NCBI GenBank assembly: GCA_963921355.3
Contig: OZ001190.1
Span: forward strand, 4,411,145 to 4,475,144
Length of the DNA stretch: 64,000 nucleotides
Reading direction: 5' to 3'
Origin: Thalassobaculaceae bacterium
GTDB lineage: Bacteria; Pseudomonadota; Alphaproteobacteria; Thalassobaculales; Thalassobaculaceae
In this document: positions 27,066 through 36,194 of the stretch, piece by piece
Layout: the number at the start of each line of letters is the position of its first letter
Numbering within the stretch: position 1 is the stretch's first letter
The notes under the pieces: model-generated
Database searches by the model: none
What the model was told of the DNA's origin: nothing
What the model saw: the letters and a program-made list of their open reading frames with translations, nothing else
Translations under genes and position numbers: made by a program

Positions 27066-28072
27066 TCTGGGGTGCGGGCGCCATCGGCGGCACGCTCGGC
27101 GCCTACTGGGCCCGTGCCGGCGAGGATGTCCTGCTGGTCGATATCGTGGCCGAGCATGTCGAGACCTGCCGCAGCACGGGCCTTTCGATCCAGGGTCCGA
27201 TCGACACGTTCACCCAGGTGGTGCCCGCGGTCACGCCCGAGGACCTGGAGGGCACCTACTCGCGGATCGTGCTGGCGGTGAAGGCCCACCACACCGCCGA
27301 CGCCGTCGACCGACTGGCCCCGCATCTCGCCGAAGACGGGGTCGTCCTGTCGGCTCAGAACGGCCTGAACGAGATCATCATCGCGCGCCGCATCGGCGAC
27401 GCACGGACCATGGGGTGCTTCGTCAATTTCGGCGCCGACTGGCACGGGCCGGGCCAGATCCTCTACGGCAATCGGGGCGCGTTCGTGATCGGCGAGGTCG
27501 ACGGGATTGTCCGCGACCGCACCCGCGACATGCACCGCCTCGCCCAGATCTTCGAACCGGATGCCGAGCTGACCGAGGACATCTGGGCCTATCTCTGGGG
27601 CAAGCTCGGCTACGGCGCGATGCTGTTCGCGACCGCGCTGACCGACGATTCCATGTCTGCCAACTTCGCCGACCCGGAGCGCACCGACGCCTGGCTGCGG
27701 CTCGGCCGCGAGGTGATGGCCGTGGCGACCGCCAAAGGGGTCAAACCGAAAGGCTTCGCCGGGTTCACCCCCGAGGCCTTCTTGCCGGGGGCGCCGGACG
27801 CCGACGCCCGGGCCTGCATCGCCTCGCTGGCGGACTACACCTCCAAGACCGCCAAGACCCATTCCGGCGTCTGGCGCGATCTGGCGGTACGCAAGCGCCG
27901 CACCAAGGTTGATGTGCAGATCGCCATCATCGCCGAGGTCGGCGTCGACGTCCCGGCGCTCCGCACCCTGGTCGACCTTGTGCACGACGTCGAGGAGGGG
28001 CGCCGCCCACTCAGCCACGACACGCTTCAGATCCTGATCGACACATGCAGATCCGCTTCGACGACCGGGTAG
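27047..28072 (+). CDS. ketopantoate reductase (ApbA/PanE)-family oxidoreductase
   Basis: A GTG start gives VADPILIWGAGAIGGTLGAYWARAGEDVLLVD (Rossmann GxGxxG). The family C-terminal helical domain is present. Confidence 0.8.
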   Translation: MADPILIWGAGAIGGTLGAYWARAGEDVLLVDIVAEHVETCRSTGLSIQGPIDTFTQVVPAVTPEDLEGTYSRIVLAVKAHHTADAVDRLAPHLAEDGVVLSAQNGLNEIIIARRIGDARTMGCFVNFGADWHGPGQILYGNRGAFVIGEVDGIVRDRTRDMHRLAQIFEPDAELTEDIWAYLWGKLGYGAMLFATALTDDSMSANFADPERTDAWLRLGREVMAVATAKGVKPKGFAGFTPEAFLPGAPDADARACIASLADYTSKTAKTHSGVWRDLAVRKRRTKVDVQIAIIAEVGVDVPALRTLVDLVHDVEEGRRPLSHDTLQILIDTCRSASTTG

Positions 28073-28800
28073 TCCTGGTCACCGGCGCCGCCCAGGGCAT
28101 CGGTCGCGCCATCGCCCGCCAGTTCCGGGACTCCGGCGCAACGGTTCATCTCGCCGATATGGACGCCGATGGCCTCGCCGCCGCGGCTGTGGAGCTCGGC
28201 TGCGCCCACCATGTCGCCGACCTGGGCGACCGGGAGGTGGCCCACCGGGTCGTCGCCGACGTGCTGGAGCAGGCCGGGCGGCTCGACGTGCTGGCGCTGG
28301 CCGCCGGCGGGGTCCGGGGCCAGGCCGGTCAGGCGCTCGAGGAGATCGCGGAGGCGGATTGGCACCGGCTTTTCCAGTCCAATGTCGACGGCGCATTCTG
28401 GCTGGCACAGGCGGCGGCCCCGGCCATGAAGGCCGCCAGCCAAGGACGGATCGTCACGGTCTCGTCCGGTGCCGGCCTGCGCCCCAGCCTGACCGGCATT
28501 CAGGCTTACGCGGCGGCCAAGCACGCCCTGGTCGGCCTCACCAAGCAGCTGTGCTGGGAACTCGGGCCGTTCGGCATCACGGTCAACTCGGTCGCCCCCG
28601 GTTTTGTGCGCTCCAACCCGGCCACCGAACGGCAGTGGGAGAGCTACGGCCCGGAGCGTCAGGCCCAGCTGGTCGAGAGCATCCACACCAAGCGGCTCGG
28701 GACGGCCGACGACATCGCCAGCGCCGTCCTGTTCCTGGCCTCCGACGCCGCTTCCTGGATCAGCGGCCAGATCCTCTCGGTCGACGGGGGCCGGTCGTGA
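28045..28800 (+). CDS. SDR-family oxidoreductase (FabG-like)
   Basis: VLVTGAAQGIGRAIA (TGxxxGxG), with YAAAKHAL giving the YxxxK catalytic motif. 251 aa. Confidence 0.9.
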   Translation: MQIRFDDRVVLVTGAAQGIGRAIARQFRDSGATVHLADMDADGLAAAAVELGCAHHVADLGDREVAHRVVADVLEQAGRLDVLALAAGGVRGQAGQALEEIAEADWHRLFQSNVDGAFWLAQAAAPAMKAASQGRIVTVSSGAGLRPSLTGIQAYAAAKHALVGLTKQLCWELGPFGITVNSVAPGFVRSNPATERQWESYGPERQAQLVESIHTKRLGTADDIASAVLFLASDAASWISGQILSVDGGRS

Positions 28801-30209
28801 GCGATCCGGTCCTGAATCACCTCACCGCCAACCGGCCGGCGATCCTGACGCGTCTGACCGAGCTTCTGGCCGCACGCTCCGTCAGCACGGATCCGGGCTA
28901 TGCCGACGGTATGACCGAGGCCAGCGACCTGCTGTTGCGCCGCCTGGCCGGCGCCGGCTTCGCGGGCGTCCGATTGATCGAGGCAGGCGGCCATCCAGCG
29001 GTCTATGGTGAATGGCTCGGCGCACCCGGCAAGCCGACCGTTCTCGTCTACGGCCACTACGACGTGCAGCCGCCGGACCCGGTTGACGCCTGGGCCAGCC
29101 CGCCCTTCGAGGCGAGCGTGCGCGACGACCGGCTCTACGCCCGCGGCGCCTCCGACGACAAGGGCCCGGCCTCGATCGCGCTCGAGACTCTGACGGCGTT
29201 TCTCATCGTCGAGGGACGGCTGCCGGTCAACGTGAAGGTCCTGCTGGAGGGAGAGGAGGAGGTCGGCAGCGCCACCCTCCCCGCGATCCTGGAACGCCAT
29301 CGCGACCAGCTCATGGCCGATGCCGTCCTGTCGGCGGATGGCGGGCGCTGGCGCGCGGACATCGCGACCGTCGCCGTCGGGTCGCGCGGGATCACGGCGC
29401 TGGAATTCACCGTCACCACGGCGGTGAAAGACCTGCACTCGGGCCGGTACGGCGGCACCGTGCCGAATGCGCTGCAGGTGGCCGCCCAGCTGATCGCCAG
29501 CCTGCACGATGCCGAAGGCTGCCCGGCGGTCGACGGGTTTCTCGACGGCGTGGAACCGCCGCCGGCGGCCGAGCGGGACGCCCTTTCGTCCATTCCCTTC
29601 GACGATTCCGGCTACTATCGCGACCTCGGCACCGCACCGGCAGGGGAGCCTGGCTACGGCACCCTAGAACGGCTGTGGTACCGCCCGACCATCGACTGCA
29701 ACGGGCTCTGGGGCTGCTATTCAGGCGCGGGCGGCAAAACCGTGATCCCGAACCAGGCTCACGCCAAGCTCTCCTGCCGTCTGGTCCCGGGGCAGGATCC
29801 GGACGCGGCCACCGCCGCGGTGATCCGCCATCTCGAGCAGCGATGCCCGTCCGGCGCGCGGATCAAGATCCGGGCCGGTCATCCGTCAGCCGCGTACTCG
29901 GTCCCGGTCGACCACCCGCTGCTGCTGGCGGCGGAGGCGGCGCTGGCCGAGACCACTGGCACGCCGGCGATCCGGGTGCGCAACGGGGCGACCCTGCCGC
30001 TCTCGGACATGATCCGCGCGGCGCTGGGCATCGATACGGTGATGTTCTCGTTCTCGACCGCGGACGAGGACTTCCACGCCCCGAACGAGTTCATCCGCCT
30101 GTCGGCTTTCGACGACGGATTCGCCGCCTGGGTCGCGATCCTGCGCCGTCTGGCGGAGCTGACGCCCGCGTCATTCGACGCATTCAAACGTGGGGCAGAT
30201 CGAGACTGA
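28797..30209 (+). CDS. M20-family metallopeptidase / dipeptidase
   Basis: A GTG start overlaps the SDR stop. Motifs: VLVYGHYDVQPPDPVDAWASPPFE, LYARGASDDKGP and LLEGEEEVGS. Confidence 0.85.
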   Translation: MSDPVLNHLTANRPAILTRLTELLAARSVSTDPGYADGMTEASDLLLRRLAGAGFAGVRLIEAGGHPAVYGEWLGAPGKPTVLVYGHYDVQPPDPVDAWASPPFEASVRDDRLYARGASDDKGPASIALETLTAFLIVEGRLPVNVKVLLEGEEEVGSATLPAILERHRDQLMADAVLSADGGRWRADIATVAVGSRGITALEFTVTTAVKDLHSGRYGGTVPNALQVAAQLIASLHDAEGCPAVDGFLDGVEPPPAAERDALSSIPFDDSGYYRDLGTAPAGEPGYGTLERLWYRPTIDCNGLWGCYSGAGGKTVIPNQAHAKLSCRLVPGQDPDAATAAVIRHLEQRCPSGARIKIRAGHPSAAYSVPVDHPLLLAAEAALAETTGTPAIRVRNGATLPLSDMIRAALGIDTVMFSFSTADEDFHAPNEFIRLSAFDDGFAAWVAILRRLAELTPASFDAFKRGADRD

Positions 30210-30418
30210 CGGGACGCGATGCTGTCGCTACGCCGCGCGCGACCCGGATAGACCCAACGGGCCGGTCAACCTCTTCACGCTCCGGGCCGAGGCGCGGTCC
30301 GAGTCCAGATCCGGCCTGACCGACACCCGGCGCGCATGCCGACCGGGATTGACGCCTCCACGAACTTGCGCTCAGTAACCCTCTGTCCGGCAGGCCCAAT
30401 CGCACTGGAAACATCGGC

Positions 30419-31342
30419 ATGGACAGCCCCATTGCGACGCTCAATATCGCGCCTTCATCGAAGCACGTTCTCAAGGAAGCCGAGCGATACCGCGAGGCTT
30501 TTCTCGAAGATCAAGTGACCCTGGTCGAAGAGTCCGGGATTGAGTTCGACGCCGAGTTTCTGTCGAAGATGGTCTTCTCCGAGTCCATGAAGAAGATCGG
30601 CGTGAGCAATGGGGTCACCAAATCTCCCTTCTGGATGAAAGACGGAAAACTAAAGCGAAACCCGGATAACCCCCTCACGGAGTCCATCAGCAACGATTTC
30701 CTTCTGTTCAATATATGTTTCGAATTCAAACAGATAGAACACCAGATCAAGGAATTCGCCGCGTCCTTTTTCTCAGGATACGGAATCGTTGGCGGTGGGG
30801 AGCTCACCTACCGGTTCTGCCCGACGACAGATGAAGGGCTGCATTTCGACACCTTCAGTCAGGGCGAGCGCGGTTTATTCAAGCCTGCGTTCCGAGCCTT
30901 CAAGCTGTTCCTCAACGTCGACTCCAAACCCCGGGTCTGGCGGATTGGTCCCACGCTCAGCGACTTCATCACGGTGAAGAAGCACGCTCTGCCCGCCCCC
31001 TGTCCGGATGATGCCAACACGTTCTGCTTCGTGGTCGACAAGCTCGGACTGCTCGACACGTGCGAGACGCGACAAATCGAGATCCCTCCCGGCGGCATGG
31101 TGATCGCCAACGGAACCAACATCGCCCACCAGGTCGTGTCCGGCGACCGCATGGTCTGTCTCGAGACTCTGGTGACGGCGCTGAAGGATCGGCCGGTCAT
31201 TCGCTCCGAGCAGGAGGACTATCTGGCCATCATGGCGGCGTTCGAAATCCCGACGACGCCGGACTTGCCGGAAATCGACGCGTTGGCAACGCGGGACGGC
31301 TCCTTCGAGCGGGCCAAGAAGCGGTTGGCGCAAGCGGACTAG
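30419..31342 (+). CDS. KdoO-like (Kdo hydroxylase family, Fe(II)/2-oxoglutarate dioxygenase-like) protein, paralog 1 (family assignment tentative)
   Basis: 307 aa. GLHFDTF...RAFKLFLNVDSKPRVWRIGP and NIAHQVVSGDRMV resemble the KdoO motifs I recall: LH(V)DAF...R(V)F.N.NP...RVWRVGEPF and VMHAVMSGQ. Confidence 0.6.
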   Translation: MDSPIATLNIAPSSKHVLKEAERYREAFLEDQVTLVEESGIEFDAEFLSKMVFSESMKKIGVSNGVTKSPFWMKDGKLKRNPDNPLTESISNDFLLFNICFEFKQIEHQIKEFAASFFSGYGIVGGGELTYRFCPTTDEGLHFDTFSQGERGLFKPAFRAFKLFLNVDSKPRVWRIGPTLSDFITVKKHALPAPCPDDANTFCFVVDKLGLLDTCETRQIEIPPGGMVIANGTNIAHQVVSGDRMVCLETLVTALKDRPVIRSEQEDYLAIMAAFEIPTTPDLPEIDALATRDGSFERAKKRLAQAD

Positions 31343-31669
31343 CCGGGCCGCGCTTGGCGGCGAGAACGGGGCAGCGGCTTATGGCCGACCTGACGGGTCA
31401 GATGCAGCTCCGCATGGTCCTTCCGCAGGATCATGAACGCGACCAGGTCTCCGTTTTCGAAGGTCTGCGCAAACCCGCACATACCGCAACGTCACCAACA
31501 GCGAAGGTCACGGCGACGCGCCCCAACATGAGCGCGCAACTGTTGGGATGCCTCTGGCGATGCGGTCTTAACGCATTCCGGCATCAGCCCTACACTGCGA
31601 TTGACCCGCGGGTGACGCTGGGCAATAGCGCTTGGTATTCAAGAGAATTGATTTTGGGAGAATTCACGC

Positions 31670-32592
31670 ATGACCAACTCAATTGCCAAGCTAAATGTGG
31701 TTTCCTCTTCCAAAGACGCACTCAAGAAATCCAAATTCTACAGAAATAAATATCTCGATAATGAAGCTATTATTGTGGAGAATTCTGGAATCGATTTTGA
31801 TTCAGAGTTTCTTTATCGAGTAAAATTCATCGATTCCATGAAAAAGATTGGAACCCAAAATGGAATAACAAACGTCCTTTTTTGCTAATTGACGGCAAAC
31901 TCCAAAAAAATCCTAAAAACTATCTATCAAAAATCATCGAAGATGAACAATTTCGCAACAAAACTTGCTTTGAATTCAAGAATATAGAATTCAAAATTAC
32001 TGATTTCGCAAAATCCTTGTTTATGGGCGTGGGCGCCATCGGTGGTGGGCAAACCACATTGCGATTTTGCCCAACAACCGAAGAAGGACTGCACTTCGAC
32101 ACTTTCAAAGTTGGGGAATCCGGAGCCTTCAAGCGAGGGGTGCGTGCGTTCAAACTTTTCCTGAATGTCGACAAGAAGCCCCGGGTCTGGCGAATAGGTC
32201 CAGCGCTCGCCGACTTCATCACGATCAACCAGCACCATCTGCCCAACCCCTGTCCAGATGACGTCAACACGTTTTGCTATGTGGTCGACAAATTGGGGTT
32301 GCTCGACAATTGCGAGACCCGGCAGGTCGAGATACCCCCAGGCGGCATGGTGATCGCCAACGGTACCAGCATCGCCCACGAGGTTGTGTCCGGTGACCGA
32401 ATGGTGTGTCTGGAGACGTTTGTAACAGCTCTCCCAGGAAGACCGCCGATCAGATCAACACAAGAGGAGTTCCTGGCGATAACGGAGGAACTCGGGATCC
32501 CAATGGTCAAGGACTTCCCCGGCCTGGAGGCGCTGGCGAACCAGGACGGCTCATTCGAGCGCACCAAAAAGCGGCTCGCCGAGATGGCATAG
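31670..32592 (+). pseudogene. KdoO-like paralog 2, split by a 1-nt frameshift (track ORFs 31670..31888 and 31882..32592)
   Basis: Collinear with paralog 1 over its full length. Frame 1 reads ...GTQNGITN then hits TAA at 31886-31888. The -1 frame reads KRPFLLIDGKLQKNP, matching paralog 1 (KSPFWMKDGKLKRNP). The lesion is at about 31867-31873 (acaaac). Confidence 0.7.
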
Positions 32593-32695
32593 CAAGACGT
32601 ATCGGAAACTCGGCGCTTACCGATCCTTCGACAGGCCCCGGGTACGGCGCGCATGAAAGATGAAACTGAGAAAGCAACCTGAGGCGATCAGGGCT

Positions 32696-33727
32696 TCAGG
32701 CGGGGGGCGCCCGAGAAACCTGGGCTGCCAGGGTTTCGACCCATTTGCGGCCGATGCGTTCCGCATTGAAGTCGCGGACGACCCGCTCCTGGCCGGCGTG
32801 AATTGCTGCTTCCAAGTCGATCGACGATCGTGACAGCGCCGTCGCGATCCCATCCGCGAGGCCCTCACATAGAATGGCGTTGTCCGAGAACGCTTCGTAG
32901 GACGGGATCGGAGACGCGACAGCCAGCCGACCGGCGGCCAGTGTGTTGACGAGCCGGTTGGCGCTCTTGATCGCCGCGCCACGCTCATTGTCGCCCGGAA
33001 GAAGCACGATGTCCGATCGGGCAAGGGCCTCGGTCTGGCGCCCCCGCGACCACTCGGCGAACCGGATCCTGAAAGGCGCGCCGTCAATATCCGGTGCGCC
33101 GGCACAGTGCTCCCGGACCTGCGCGGTATCGGCCGACAACAACGTGATCCGCAGCGATCGATCGACCGCCAGATCGGCGATCTCCGAGAGATGCGGGGCC
33201 AGGTACAGGACATTGCCGCCCATACCGAACCAGAGGAGTTCCAGCGGGCCCGGATGATCGAACCGCGCCTTCGGCGGCGCGACCGGCTCCTCAAACGGCT
33301 CGTCGATCTGGATGACGGGGGTGCTGGGGTGCAGCCAGGCGCGGGCGCGCTCCGCCATCCGGGCGCTCGGCACCGTGGCGGCATCGGAGATCGCGGCGAT
33401 CTTCCGCATCCACCCGAACTGATGAGTCGCCTCCAGGTCGTCGGCGATATCGACGATCACCTTCTTGCCCATCGCCTTTGCGGCCTGCGCGATGTCGTAC
33501 GGGTCGACCCAGGTCTTGCCGAACAGGACGAGGTCAGCCTCTTTGAAAACCGCATGGTCGATTGTCTTGTCCACCGACCACCTGGCCATGATCCAGCTCG
33601 GATGTCCGGCCGCGCTGAAGCCGTTGTGGGCGGCGAGCAACCGCAGGCGGGTGGTGGCGAACTGCGCGGTCAAACCCCCGTCTGGATGTTGCTCGACGTG
33701 GTCACCGGAAATGATGAGGAGTTTCAT
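32696..33727 (-). CDS. putative glycosyltransferase (GT-B fold, GT1/GT4-like)
   Basis: 343 aa. The C-terminal half reads DIVLLPGDNERGAAIKSANRLVNTLAAGRLAVASPIPSYEAF, resembling the nucleotide-sugar-binding half of GT-B enzymes. The call is by eye only. Confidence 0.5.
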   Translation of the reverse strand: MKLLIISGDHVEQHPDGGLTAQFATTRLRLLAAHNGFSAAGHPSWIMARWSVDKTIDHAVFKEADLVLFGKTWVDPYDIAQAAKAMGKKVIVDIADDLEATHQFGWMRKIAAISDAATVPSARMAERARAWLHPSTPVIQIDEPFEEPVAPPKARFDHPGPLELLWFGMGGNVLYLAPHLSEIADLAVDRSLRITLLSADTAQVREHCAGAPDIDGAPFRIRFAEWSRGRQTEALARSDIVLLPGDNERGAAIKSANRLVNTLAAGRLAVASPIPSYEAFSDNAILCEGLADGIATALSRSSIDLEAAIHAGQERVVRDFNAERIGRKWVETLAAQVSRAPPA

Positions 33728-33851
33728 ATCGATCGCGCGCGCAGAACCTTTGAGAAAGGGACAGTCATTTTGATCATGTTCGAAAACATGAGGCTGCTGC
33801 CGAGACTGGAACCATTGGTCAAGACTGGTGCGGCTAGGTGGATGTCTGCGG

Positions 33852-33866
33852 TTAACCTCCTGTTAA
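33852..33866. promoter_or_regulatory. perfect CtrA-type box TTAA-N7-TTAA
   Basis: TTAAcctcctgTTAA. It lies in the divergent intergenic region, 125 nt from the GT start (33727) and 183 nt from the 34049 start. A GANTC site (GATTC, 33868-33872) is adjacent. Confidence 0.55.
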
Positions 33867-34048
33867 CGATTCGAAAATAGTCTGATTTTTAGCGAAATGA
33901 TGTGGTTGATCCTTTAATCTGCAGCAATCGGCTTTCAGTATTTTCCGCAGATCTGCCGTCCAGAACGGCGAGAATCGGTTTTGCGGGCGACGCGAGAAGC
34001 TGAACGTTGTATGTTTATAGGCAGAGAGAGAAGCTCGAGGACGAGGAC

Positions 34049-34936
34049 ATGACGTTCTCAATGATCGAAGTGAAGACGCGATGGATCGACGAAGCGGGTA
34101 ATGATTCCTCGCCGAACACTCTCTTCGGACGATCTGATGACTCGATCGCGCATTTCCTGTTGCACACCATGGGCTGGGTGCGGATCAGCCATTTCGGCCA
34201 GACGTATGACGTGACGTTCGATCCCCGGTCCGTGCGGCCGGGTGCGGCAGACAGCCTGACGGCCTGGGTTCGCCAGATGGGCGATACCGATCAGCCTTGG
34301 TTGATCAAACTGCACGCCTTCACAGGACGCGGCTGGATCATCGAAGACAACACGATGTCCGAACCGCTTTTGAAGATCCTCGCGCATCTTCTCGAGTTCG
34401 GGATGACGCCCAACATCCCCGAAACGATCTCGGTCACGGAGTCCGACATGGATTCCGTCCCCGCCTTGCAGACCTCGGACATTCAGGCGGTCATGGACGC
34501 TTGGCGGCGTGAGCATGGCACCATGCGTGTCGACAATCCGTTGGTTCGCAGCCTGCTCAGAGGTCAGGTCACGGGTCGATCGGTCAAGATCCTCAGCCGG
34601 GATAATCTCGGACGGATCTGTTTCAACACCTACAACGCATCGTCCTCGACCCTGTGGAACAACGGAACGCTGGTGAACTTCCACGGCGCCCCGGTCGTCG
34701 AGGCGGTTCCCGACCGTGCCCTTGGGTCAACCGTTGACCGTTCGGCGCGAAAGGTGATGGCCCGGGGAGTTCCGACGGTTGAGTATTGCCAGGGGCCCGT
34801 CCTCTCGTCTCAGGGGGTCGTCGCGGACCTCTGCTGGCATCGCCTGACGGTGCCGCTTTCGCAGACCGCCGACAACGATACGGTTCTGGTCATTACCCAG
34901 AGACAATCGCCGGTTACGAAGCAAGTCGCGGTCTGA
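34049..34936 (+). CDS. hypothetical protein (C-terminal half possibly PAS_5-like)
   Basis: ATG at 34049 is preceded by gaggacgaggac. The C-terminal part (AWRREHG...WHRLTVPLSQTADNDTVLVI) loosely parallels the 16170 protein (AWRRWCG...YVRLILPISDSDG). Confidence 0.6.
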   Translation: MTFSMIEVKTRWIDEAGNDSSPNTLFGRSDDSIAHFLLHTMGWVRISHFGQTYDVTFDPRSVRPGAADSLTAWVRQMGDTDQPWLIKLHAFTGRGWIIEDNTMSEPLLKILAHLLEFGMTPNIPETISVTESDMDSVPALQTSDIQAVMDAWRREHGTMRVDNPLVRSLLRGQVTGRSVKILSRDNLGRICFNTYNASSSTLWNNGTLVNFHGAPVVEAVPDRALGSTVDRSARKVMARGVPTVEYCQGPVLSSQGVVADLCWHRLTVPLSQTADNDTVLVITQRQSPVTKQVAV

Positions 34937-34959
34937 AACCTCTCGGTTCAGGAAAGTGG

Positions 34960-34974
34960 TTAACGTTCGGTTAA
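34960..34974. promoter_or_regulatory. perfect CtrA-type box TTAA-N7-TTAA
   Basis: TTAAcgttcggTTAA, 75 nt upstream of the 35049 start. Two GATTC sites (34998-35002 and 35010-35014) lie between the box and the start codon. Confidence 0.55.
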
Positions 34975-35048
34975 TTTCAACCGAGCACCCCTAATAGGAT
35001 TCGGGTATAGATTCCCTCCCTTTTGTCAATCGTGCGGGAGAGCGACAA

Positions 35049-35894
35049 ATGTCCGAATTGACCTTTCCGAGCGCGGCTCGGTCCAGCGAGACGGCCGCGC
35101 AGCCGTTTCTATCAGCCATTGGGGCGATCCATCGTGAACATGAGGAGAACCGGGACCTCATGTCGAGAACGGCGATCGAGCTTCAGCTTGATCTGGATCG
35201 CCACGGCTTCAGCCTCGAGGTCTATACCGACCTTAACGCGTTCACCGAAGTCGTGCGCAGCGTCGGCAAATTCGTTCCGAACGCCTTCGATCCGAAGGTG
35301 AAGCCGTCGCGGCCTGGCGACGTTTTCGGTATCGTCATGCGAGATGCCGAAGGCAACGTTGCCGCGACAAACGGATGCCGGCTGTACCGCTTCGGCGTCA
35401 CCACGCTGGCCGACCACCTGGCGACACTGGCCCTGTTCTACGCCAATCCGGTTGAACAGATGGCCCGGGGCGAGCGCCTGACGATCGATGGCCCGGCGAA
35501 CGATTATGCGATGACGGTCGACGACAAGGCTATCTGGGTCGGCTGTTTTTGGGTGCGCGAGGACCTGCGCGGTGAAGCCTCCAACCTGTCCTACATCATG
35601 CCGCTCGCAGCTCGGTTCCTCGGGGCAGCCTGGTGGGGCAAGCTGATCACGTTCTCTATTCTTGAGAACTGGGTCAGGAAACCGCACTCCCAGCGCCGCC
35701 TTGGCCATCCGGACATCTATGAGCACATTCGCTGGTACCGGCCGCACATTCCGGACCGCACCGACATGGTGCTTATGGTCACCGAACCGGACGTACCGGT
35801 GGTGCGCTGCCAGAGATACCTCGAAGGTGAAGGTCGTCTTCAAGTGAGCCTGCCGGTCCCAGCGACGAAGACCGAGGTTTCCGCCGGGGACTGA
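35049..35894 (+). CDS. hypothetical protein (possibly acyltransferase-like fold; unassigned)
   Basis: 281-aa ORF with normal composition. The segment IWVGCFWVREDLRGEASNLSYIMPLAARFLGAAWW is vaguely reminiscent of a GNAT motif A region. Not assignable by eye. Confidence 0.55.
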   Translation: MSELTFPSAARSSETAAQPFLSAIGAIHREHEENRDLMSRTAIELQLDLDRHGFSLEVYTDLNAFTEVVRSVGKFVPNAFDPKVKPSRPGDVFGIVMRDAEGNVAATNGCRLYRFGVTTLADHLATLALFYANPVEQMARGERLTIDGPANDYAMTVDDKAIWVGCFWVREDLRGEASNLSYIMPLAARFLGAAWWGKLITFSILENWVRKPHSQRRLGHPDIYEHIRWYRPHIPDRTDMVLMVTEPDVPVVRCQRYLEGEGRLQVSLPVPATKTEVSAGD

Positions 35895-35956
35895 TCGTCA
35901 ACAGGCCGCGGCAGCCAGGGTTGCCGCAGCGCCACCGTTGGCTCCCCCGGCATTCA

Positions 35957-35992
35957 GCCATTGCCGCCGCGCCCGCACGCAGCGGCAATGGC
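35957..35992 (+). terminator. strong hairpin downstream of 35049..35894 (no U-tract)
   Basis: GCCATTGCCGC-(14 nt)-GCGGCAATGGC, a perfect 11-bp stem. Confidence 0.35.
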
Positions 35993-36194
35993 ACACGCTG
36001 AGGGTTTCCGACGCCGGGCAGCTGCGGAACGGAGACAAGATCGACCAACCGGTCTGTTCAGGCGCTGAACCGGGAAAGGTTCCATTGATCCCCGCTGTCT
36101 CAGCGGGCGTGATCAGTTGGAATTGCCGAACGCGCCCAAGACTGCGGCCAAGGACGTGCCGGCATTTCGTTCCTCGCCACGTTCGGCATGCCCT

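Noticed and set aside
31339-31482. 48-codon minus-strand ORF between the KdoO-like paralogs (MCGFAQTFENGDLVAFMILRKDHAELHLTRQVGHKP…), reminiscent of a glyoxalase/VOC-family beta-alpha-beta unit
   Set aside because: It is too short and the similarity is only impressionistic. It may be a gene remnant marking an old junction, but I cannot support it as a feature.
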